DNA of 63,194 nt, the filler included, from Platydemus manokwari (Eukaryota), in NCBI GenBank assembly GCA_037951405.1. It is 5 parts of 5 records of this genome, joined end to end, with 100 filler letters (N's around TTAATTAATTAA, not from the genome) between each part and the next. Parts side by side here need not be neighbours in the genome. Positions count along the whole stretch, not along the records: positions 52,025 to 63,194 come from JBBMOY010859978.1; 4 more parts are not named here. One strand, given 5' to 3'. Below the pieces are notes generated by a model. That model was not told where the DNA came from. It worked only from the letters and a program-made list of their open reading frames with translations, and made no database searches. Position numbers and translations under genes: made by a program. Below, piece after piece: positions 53,946 through 63,194 of this stretch. How positions within the stretch are numbered: the first letter of the stretch is position 1; every line of letters begins with the position of its first letter.

Positions 53946-55711
53946 CTTTATTAACTTTATCCGAAATTTATAATGGCTTTATTTAAATGAAAAAAAACAT
54001 CAAACATGATCAGCTGAAAATCACTACAATTTAATCGTTAGTACGCCACATTGCTAGTGTGCACTTTGAGTACAATCTGAAAGAATTTATCCGTAGTTCT
54101 ATAATAATATAATATAATATAATGCTTATGTAAAAGAAGACACACTTATGAATGTCTTGGTTGACGAAGATTATTCGTGTCATACAAAGCATATACTATT
54201 TTCGAAACCGAAAAATAATTTTTTTCATTTTCAATCATAAATCAATGACGAATGTGTTCGCTAATGCCTTAAACAACCGAATTTCTATGACTAATTAAAA
54301 TGGACCGTGCTCAACAGAACAAATTAATTGCAATTAAAGCCAATTCATTTACTCAGCAGAAAATCTCACAAATCAACATCTCTCACTCAGATATTAGATA
54401 TTTATCGTATATTCAATTTATCAATTTCTCGAGCATGAAAATTTACCTATCAAATTCTTGTAATAATTAATAACATTCCTTGCCAACATAATTGAAATCG
54501 TTCATCGATTAATATCAAATACTATTTTAATTTTTCCTTTCCAATAAGCTTTAGAAATAAAATAAAAATCATCTATGATTTAAAGAAAAATTCTTACCCA
54601 CAAATTTAGACTATCTGAACCGATTTGATATTATAAAATCATTCTTGGTTTTTAATTGATTTTCTGTCATTTATTTTTGCAATTTATTATTAAGTATAAT
54701 ACTAAATTGATTCCAATCATGGCAATAGTAATTATCTTAGTAGTTCAAATTGATCGAACTTAGAATCACTTACTCCAAATAGAAATATCAAATCACTAGG
54801 CTTATAATAAATAATGGTCAAAGTAAAGAAGAGGAAATGATAAATTGGATTAAAATAGTATTATATATACTAATTAGTATTAAAATTCTATTTATTTAAT
54901 CTTTAATAACTTCGATATTTTAAAAATGAGAAACAAGTCATGTTCATGATGCTCTTGAGTATGTTTTAAAGAAGGCAAAATAATCACGGAAACCATGGAA
55001 ATAACCCTCAAATGGCCGATACACACAGCCGTGCGAATCATATAAAAAGTGAATCCTTGTGACATCAAGTGTACACACGTGATAAACCCATAAAATAGGT
55101 TGGATCTCGTGTGCAACCACCAGTCTTTCTTGGTCAGTAACTGTTTGCTTTCGTGACTTTTATGTGATTTACTAGCAACTGGTTCTTATGTTTGTTATCT
55201 TTGTCTAACTTTCGTTCGCTGATCCCGCTGTTCATTGATTATTGATTTGACTGTAGGTGCTATTCTGGGTCGTCATCGTTTAGCAATTTAGTTTTCTGTA
55301 AAATATTGTGATCGCTAATTATAATTTTGATATTCAGCATTTGACATTAATAACAATGATAACTAAAGTGTTTAGAATGTTAATGACTACACATATTTAA
55401 GATTTACTGGTTCATCGGTTTCCAAATTTTATTTTTATATAAGCGTAACTGATAAAAAATAAATTTAAAATAATTTTTAAAAAATCAGAAACAACAATTA
55501 AAAATTTTTGATTCTTTAATTATCAAATTCATTTTATTAATATGCCACCAATATACATATCTGCTCGAAAAATTACACTCTAAAAAGTCTTAACAATATG
55601 AGTGCCCACTTACAGAATAATTTGGTTTTCATTTCAATGTTAATGTATTGAATTAAAAATAATCTTGATTTATTTATTTAATATCGATTTTAAATTATAA
55701 GATTTTAAACA

Positions 55712-58162
55712 ATGAACAACAGAGAAATTATTTGCATTCACATAGGCCAAGCAGGAATACAAATAGGAAATGCCGTTTGGGAATTATTTTCAATAGAACA
55801 TGAACTCGATATGAATGGGTACCAGATTTGTTACTGTCCTTGGCCACTGATAGATAATACTAGCTCTCTCTATTTTGAAATCGGTGACGGTAAATGTAAA
55901 CCTCGGTCCTTGATGATAGATTCGGAACCCTTGGTTGTTGAAGAAATCCGAACAGGATCTTGGAACAAAATGTTTGACAATAGAAGTCTAATTTGTGGTA
56001 AGGAAGATGCTTCCACAATTTTTGCAAAAGGTTACAAGTCATGCGCTAGTGATGTACTCAATGAATCCTTGACGTATTTGCGCATTTTAATAGAGGAAAC
56101 CTGTTCTTTGAATGGATTTTTGATTTTTCATTCTCTTGGAGGAGGTACTGGATCGGGATTAACTAGTAGAATAGCTGAGGTAATTCAAACTGAGACTCCC
56201 AAAAAATCAATGATACATTTAGCGATTGTTCCACCAACAAATAAATCTGGATTTATCGTTGAACCCTATAATGGAGTTCTAGCAACAGCGGCTCTGCTGG
56301 AGTCTTCAAGTCTTATGTGTATGATGGAGAATCAAGCTTTGTATGAAGCCGTCGGTCGCTTTATCGGTCAAAGTAAACTCAGCTTCATTAATATCAACAG
56401 ACACATAGCTCAAATAACGAGCTCTTTGACTACTTCATATCGGTTTTCCAATAAGTTGTCATCCGATTTCTGTGTATTCCAGACTAATTTAGTCCCTTTC
56501 CCAGAAATTCATTTTCCGATATCATCATACGCTCAATCACACGAATCCACTGACATCAATCTCATTCATATGACCAAATCATGTTTTGCTAAAGAAAACA
56601 TGGTTTTGAAATTGGAACCAGATCAAGGATGTTTTATGAGTTGTTGTCTTCTATATCGAGGAATGAATTGTGCTCCAATGGCTATCAACAATGCCATTAA
56701 AACAATCAAATCGGATCCAAATAATAAATTCGTCGACTGGTCTCCAACAAGCTTCAAAGTAGCGATCAATGTTCAGATGCCGGGATTTATTCCCTGTGCT
56801 GATATTCCAGAAACTCGACAATCTCTTTGTCTTTTATCAAACAGTACGGCAATCATTCAAGTGTGGATGAAACTCTTGGAAAATTTTCAGAACCTTTTTT
56901 CTCGGAAAGCCTTTCTCCATTGGTTTGTAGCTGAAGGTGTTGATGAATCGATTTTAAAGGAAGCTGAAAACCGCATTATCGATTTGATTTCCAAATATAA
57001 AGATTTGGAAACAAAAAAAGATCTATCGTACTTAAACAAATCAAAAGCCAGTAAAGAAGTTCCGTCATTTTTGAAGAAGATCGATACCGATTGTCCACCA
57101 ACAGATCAAAAGCGTGATAATCGAACTAATCCAATAGAAACCATTGAGTTAACAAAGAAAGGAGGAAAGAAAAATGAGAATGCCAAACCAAGAGCCAGGG
57201 GTTCCAAAGACGAATCAGTTGATGAAATTAGTGGATCTCACAATCAATATAATATATCATCTAAATACAAAGAATTGAATGGTATAATAACTCTTCCTTC
57301 TCAATCACAATTGATGACATCGCAGTCCCGAAACCCATTAGATTCCATCAGTGAATCCGATTCCCAGGTTGAATCGGTATTTCTCAAATTCAAAAACTCT
57401 CCCAATCAATCATTGGAAAGCATTGGCGTCTTACACGGTTCTAATTTATCAATTGCTTCCAAGTTCAAAGACCGAACTTTTTCTGAAATTTTACATCACA
57501 GTATTCTAGATCTTCCTCATCTGACAAATCCAAATAAATTGTTCTCATTTGACAATTCATTTATCAAAAAACATTTCCTTTCGCAATTTTGTCGTCTGAA
57601 TTCATCACTGAATGGTTCCAGATCTCAAGGGTCCATTTGTAATATCAGAACCCATTCTTGTCAACTAAATTATTCCGTGGAATATCTTAGATGTACTTCT
57701 ATCTTGTATGGTCATTTGGAAGAAATCAAACACAAAAATGAAGAGACGTCTAATGTTCCAGAAATTGAATATCAATCTGTAGATAATAATGATATTAAAA
57801 TAACAATATCGGCAGTCAACGAGCTCCGAGCTTTAATATCTCAGATCCAACCGCTTGAAGCTGTAAAGATGAATTCATCCAAAAGTCTGTTAAATCAAAG
57901 AAAGCACCGTCGAAAATCGGATATGAGGATAGAGATAGCCTGTCAAACGAGTGATCGGAAATCATTGAGTAACAGATTGACTCAGATATTCTATCGTAAA
58001 TCGACAATCACAGCTCCAAAAAAACCACCAATCATATTCCACAAACGTCATTCTTTCCAGAAAAACTTCACTCCAACAAACGTTTTCCCACACCATTCAT
58101 TGATGACTTCATCCCATATTGATTTGACGACTCTTCGTCGAATGGCTTCATTGCGTAATTAA
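55712..58162 (+). CDS. Highly divergent intronless alpha-tubulin with ~385-aa C-terminal extension (816 aa)
   Basis: REIICIHIGQAGIQIGNAVWELF..EH, GKEDA, GFLIFHSLGGGTGSG, VEPYN, FQTNLVPFPEIHFP, CCLLYRG, FVDWSPTSFKV, KAFLHWFVAEG: alpha-type motifs; core ends at ~aa 432 and the ORF stays open to 58162. Confidence 0.93.
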   Translation: MNNREIICIHIGQAGIQIGNAVWELFSIEHELDMNGYQICYCPWPLIDNTSSLYFEIGDGKCKPRSLMIDSEPLVVEEIRTGSWNKMFDNRSLICGKEDASTIFAKGYKSCASDVLNESLTYLRILIEETCSLNGFLIFHSLGGGTGSGLTSRIAEVIQTETPKKSMIHLAIVPPTNKSGFIVEPYNGVLATAALLESSSLMCMMENQALYEAVGRFIGQSKLSFININRHIAQITSSLTTSYRFSNKLSSDFCVFQTNLVPFPEIHFPISSYAQSHESTDINLIHMTKSCFAKENMVLKLEPDQGCFMSCCLLYRGMNCAPMAINNAIKTIKSDPNNKFVDWSPTSFKVAINVQMPGFIPCADIPETRQSLCLLSNSTAIIQVWMKLLENFQNLFSRKAFLHWFVAEGVDESILKEAENRIIDLISKYKDLETKKDLSYLNKSKASKEVPSFLKKIDTDCPPTDQKRDNRTNPIETIELTKKGGKKNENAKPRARGSKDESVDEISGSHNQYNISSKYKELNGIITLPSQSQLMTSQSRNPLDSISESDSQVESVFLKFKNSPNQSLESIGVLHGSNLSIASKFKDRTFSEILHHSILDLPHLTNPNKLFSFDNSFIKKHFLSQFCRLNSSLNGSRSQGSICNIRTHSCQLNYSVEYLRCTSILYGHLEEIKHKNEETSNVPEIEYQSVDNNDIKITISAVNELRALISQIQPLEAVKMNSSKSLLNQRKHRRKSDMRIEIACQTSDRKSLSNRLTQIFYRKSTITAPKKPPIIFHKRHSFQKNFTPTNVFPHHSLMTSSHIDLTTLRRMASLRN

Positions 58163-58302
58163 TATTTTATTTTCATCCTTAATGTTCGATTAAGCATTAC
58201 CATTCGACCATATTTATTCGATCTTGTTATGACATGAAAATCGAAAGGTCAGAAGTATTCAAACAATTTATTATAAAAAATCCTTTCACAAAGCTAATAG
58301 CA

Positions 58303-58333
<31 letters not shown>

Positions 58334-58464
58334 CTAATAATAAAAATAAAAATAACATATTCTGAATATGAAAAGAAAATATTTAAAGTAAACTAACAAA
58401 TTTAAAGACGATTATTAAAATTAATTGTTCTGCTACAGTCAAATTCAAAGCAACAATTCTCTCA

Positions 58465-61400
58465 TTATAAGTAAAGAACGCACTGCATAAACTGAAATAG
58501 AGATAATAATAGAAAAACAATTAAATACATAATTGGAACAAAAGTTCAAACCTCATCTTGCGGAAAGATGGCTTCTCCTTTGCTGGTCTTGGTTTGAACT
58601 TTATAAGTGAGAAAGACTGTTCGTAATCGAATTAAAAGCAAAATATAATCATCGAAAGTAATTATTCCCGCTTTACTGGCATATCTGGTTATAATAGCAC
58701 TAAACACTCGATTGCTCACTTTGAATCCTGAAATGAAATAATAAATAATTATAAATTACTTTGTTTTAATTGGTCATTTTTAATTAAATTTTGTTTAAAA
58801 ACTAGGTTCGACCAAGCTTGACCAAAGCATAAATAGCTTGTTAATACTATGGCTATGATTTCTGCAATTTTTTTTCGTTTGATTCGACACGAAAAATTCT
58901 CTATCAAAATGTGTTGAATGAAATGAGTTTGATCATTAAATCACGAAAACAAAATCAACATTTATTGAGTTCACATACCTTTGGTAGGCCATTACTTGAT
59001 AATTAAAATCCTTTCAAATCTACAGTTAATATAAATCATCTCTAGACCATAAAAACTTTAATATAGTTTTTATCTAAAAAATTGTTTCATAAATGTAATT
59101 TCATTCCTGCCTAACCCAGATTATTAATGGAATCGTTAGCATCCATTTGAGGAAAATATAAAGAAACTACTAATAATTTAATATAATAATTTTAATAAGA
59201 AAATGTTAATTACAATTTTGATTTAATAAGTTTCAAAATAAAAAATAATATTTTGAAATTTTGTTAATATGAAGTAATTATTAAGTAATTTAAATATTTT
59301 TATCTATACCTGATTAAGTTTGATAGCTAAAGCTCTCTAAAAAAAGATTTTTAAGAAAAAAGATTTAAATTTGTTTAAAAAATTGTTTGATTTGTTGGTA
59401 TTAAATAAAAATTAAAAAATAGTAATAATGACTTCTATCTTTGAACCGTCAATTTCAAGCGAAGTAGCTGCTACTAACAATCCACAACACGTAATCCATT
59501 GATATTTTCTTTTAATTCATTACTTGTATCCATAGTTATTTGACCGATCATCACATCATTCTAGATTCGTGAATCATGATTGGTTCGTGTTGCAAATCAA
59601 TAAATCCCTTATAATTGTAATAATATTAAATTTCCTTTGAAATCACCGTTTGAGTTTAACAGAGATATGTCAATCATTAGAGCAAATTATCATCATGTAT
59701 AGTCGATTATTTTTTACCAGATATATTCCGAAATACTTTTACATAAAAGTTACAATTTTAATGGTAAATTGTTAGAATAATGGCATCAAAAGATATTTGA
59801 TCCATACTTTAAAGGATTTTAATGTCAATCTCAATAAAAAGATATATTCATCCCTTCAAATCAATGTTTGTGTCGATCATCAGCAGAAATTAATGAAATA
59901 TCATCGTGTTTTCAACATGCTACCAAGAATTTAGAAGTATTTAAATAACATCTTCAAAAAATCTTTGAAAATACTAACCACTAACAATACAATATTCTAA
60001 TCCAATTTTATCAAAGAAATACTTAAAATCTACTTCAGAATGAAAATGTCAAACAATTTCGAAAATTTAAACCATATCTCGTTTTAAACAAATTAATAAA
60101 ACACAAATCTTATTGTTCACCTATATAGTCGAGCGCTCTTCGAATTTCATAACTGTTAAAATTACCACTGTGATCTTCATCAAACTTTTTAAAGACAGTC
60201 TAAATGAGAATAATATATTGGTAAACTTTGTCACAAATGGTCATTTATTACCTTCCAAAGTCGCAAATCATCCCACAAGGTTTTGAATTCACTGAATCCC
60301 AATCTACCAGATAAATCGGCCTAAATTATTAACACTGCTACATTAGATAAGGCAGAATATTGATAATGGAAAGAAATTTAATAAAATAGGTTAGAGAAAT
60401 ATGAGAATAATTATTTCAGATAGGCCTTTTCTTTTAATTTAATTATGAGCATCAGCAGTGACAGATAAAAATTCTCCCTTCTGTCAAGTTACGAAAAAAT
60501 TAAGTACAATCACGTCGTGGTTATATTTAATTTTTTATATTTTTATTTTCTTATATTAATGAATTGTGTTTGTTGAGCTGAGTTTTGAGGGCTTATTGAT
60601 TTTATTTTTGCCCATTTCATAAGCCACTCCATTAATAAACAGATTTCGTACTCATTCCTATTCATCAGTACTGAATATCATCTCGAATAAATCGTTTAAT
60701 AATTCCTTCATTGGTGGATTCGAACTCTTAATTTCACTCAAATTCACTATCACTCACCAACTGGTTACCGACACTTGTTGTAATTTGGTTTTGTTTACAT
60801 AAGGTGATGTCACTGTAGAATATATAAAATTAATAATGTACAAAAATAAGAAAAGCATAAAAGTTAACAATGAAAGCACTAACATCAATCATAGCTACCA
60901 TACTGCGACACGTTTCCATTGAGAAACCATCGAATTTGAAATCTAAATCATTCCATCATCGTTTTTCTCATTGACTTGATATGAAAAGTCGACTTACTTT
61001 CTGTAATAAAGTAGTCATTAGAAATCGTTAAGTGACTCTATTACTTCACTAACCTCGTCTAAAAGATGCATTAAGAATTTGTTGTAGCTCACCAGCATCA
61101 ATTTCACCATCATCTCCAGCTATTGTTTTAAAAGCCGCTTGCAAACGTTCGGTATTCCGGTCTTCTTCATTCTTTACTTCTGGAGGAAGTTCCTTATTCC
61201 ACTTAATATCATAAACAAGAATAAAATGAGTGTGGTTATCTTTAAATAAATAAGAATTATAGTTTCAGTTATTAGAAACCTTATTTTATAAAAAAAAACC
61301 GTAAGTGGTCATATTTCATGTAGATGATGAGATACTCTCACCTGAAAACTAAAGAAATACCCAAAAATTCACATCTAGCTCAATGTGAATAACTTTAATA

Positions 61401-62601
61401 TATTATTGAAGAGAAATATTGAATGGCTCTTGGCTCTAAACTCAATACTCTCAATTGAAGCTTATGAGTTTAGTACTCTATATAGAACCGTTCGGCTACA
61501 ATGCACTTCTATCGGCAAAAATTCGAAATCGATAAATAAGAGTTAAGGGTTATCAATTTTACACGACTGTTTTATGGAAAAAAATATTGAAAAGATATTT
61601 TTAATTCCCTTAATTCTCTCTAATAATAGATAAAATTATTAGATTCCTTTATCCTGTACTCAATACCCGATCTGTCTCTATACGACAAAAACTAATCAGA
61701 TCGGCTAGATAGAAACATTTTCGGTACTGATATCATTATTATCATTCGATAAACCAGAAGGAAAATTCCAACATTTTCATGCCAGAAAATTGAATTGCTT
61801 TTCTGCCTTTCACAATATGATTGACGTTTCCTTTGAGCTCCATTAAAATCGAATCTGATTATTAGAGAATGATTTTTGCTTCATTCCTTCAATTTTTAAA
61901 ATTAATCTACTGATATTTTCTTTGTTCAATAAAAGATTTTTATCTCATTTTGACATGAAATATGTTGGTGGATTGTTTTTTTTTTAATTTTTTTTGTTTT
62001 TTAAGATTTAAGTCTTTTTTAAATAATGGAAAATTGTGAAATTATTTTAAACAGACTTTTGAACAGATAATAAACCCATCTGACTACTCTATTAAATAAT
62101 CAAGTTATCATCAACAAATAATTATAATTATAATATTATTATTATGACAATCATTCTTTTTCTTATACTGGTATTACATAATAGGTGATTTTGGTTTATT
62201 CTTTTATAAAAGAACTAATTCAAATTTATTAGAGAAATAACATATTATCATAAAAAGTTATATTTTATACAAAAATATTATAATGGAGATGTAATTACCT
62301 TTGGAATTGTTATTTCAGTTTTCTGGTCTAATTGGCTGTTACAAAAATTACTTCATCAAAATAATAACAATATAAATCAAAACTTCGAGCTATATTCTTT
62401 CTCTGAAAAGATCCGTAATAAAAATTTTGCTTCTTCCCCAGGATTGAAAGTCGATGGAACAATGGCATAATCTCCAACAGGTAATTTATGTCGACCGCAA
62501 ATTTCTCGAAGATTAATAAATGCTGGCGATTTTGTATAGGAAGAATTGGTCCGAAAGTAACGGGTGTCAAGAAGAGTGGTATTATAAACGCCACCTTTCA
62601 A
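58465..62601 (-). CDS. Classical calpain, 3' part (domain III end + penta-EF-hand); exons 62384-62601, 62299-62335, 61054-61201, 60884-60942, 60252-60320, 60121-60199, 58552-58727, 58465-58491; 5' exons outside the window
   Basis: [117 protein letters not shown]; all phases consistent. Confidence 0.95.
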
Positions 62602-63109
62602 CTGAAAAACCAAAAAGCCTTTATGATTTTCATGTTCTTAACAACATTATATTCTAGTAGTCTTTTATTTTCAAATCACACTTATATTTTAAAGATTTTG
62701 ATGTATTAAATATATAATTAGGAAATTTAATAATAGATTAAATAATAATAATAATAATTATTATTATAGATTTTGATTTCCTAAGTTTTTGTCCTGTCGA
62801 AAAAGAATACCGTATCATTTACGTTGTCATGGTTGAATGAAAATGAACTTAATTATTTAACTATTTTAACTATTCTCACAAAAAATTATCATAGATCTTC
62901 TTCAAAAGTTCAAAATTGAAAATAGACATTTCTTTTCAAAATATCCTCAACACGTATTTTCAATTTATTCTCCCTGTTTAAAAAAGTTTGAAGATGTAGA
63001 TTTATTTTTGAAATAATATGATTTTCATATCAGATTCTAGATTACTGAAAAATACTTTTGGGTTTTGTGCAGCTAAATCAGCAACTATTTATTAAAACAA
63101 CCCTTTACA

Positions 63110-63194
63110 ATATTAGGTACCACGTTGAGTCAAAAGTTATTCATGTTTTTATGCAGGTATTTTATTAACACAAATTGTTATAACGCTGAACATA
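63110..63194. repeat. Inverted copy of the repeat at 32927-33005
   Basis: Exact reverse-complement match over ~65 nt. Confidence 0.9.

Noticed and set aside
60630-60690. Minus-strand ctgatga...cgaaa hammerhead-like core
   Set aside because: Stems I-III cannot be formed convincingly and the cleavage triplet is wrong
10519-62709. Antisense or alternative-frame ORFs such as 10519-10767, 12614-12823, 23396-23707, 24658-24864, 27337-27594, 50204-50407, 55860-56042, 57816-58007, 62328-62594, 62488-62709
   Set aside because: Shadows of real coding exons, with no recognisable protein features
1-63194. tRNA, rRNA, SL RNA and snoRNA genes
   Set aside because: None recognised by eye; a covariance-model scan would be needed to exclude them

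Overview
AT-rich eukaryotic genomic DNA with many 40-55 nt GT-AG introns, probably a freshwater planarian (inference from composition, intron size and gene/TE content). The window is five contigs joined by artificial N44-TTAATTAATTAA-N44 linkers, so adjacency across linkers is not biological evidence. Genes reconstructed by hand: DAZAP1/Hrp48-like two-RRM protein (+, 9 exons), followed 158 bp later by NAA20 (+, 5 exons); FOXRED1 (-, 7 exons) head-to-head with TTC7 (+, 2 coding exons, Merlin transposon in the intron); the last exon of a synaptotagmin-like C2B gene (-); an intronless 816-aa divergent alpha-tubulin (+) convergent with the 3' half of a classical calpain (-). The rest is largely decayed transposons (Gypsy LTR, RLE and APE LINEs, RTE, mariner, piggyBac, Merlin, MITEs). 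Best leads: (1) the alpha-tubulin lacks the GTPase-activating Glu254 (Val instead), has a shortened M-loop, no K40, no acidic tail and a ~385-aa extension; (2) nested and competing RNA structures in DAZAP1 introns 5-6 around a frame-shifting exon; (3) a candidate 3-nt microexon and a stop-first cassette exon in calpain.
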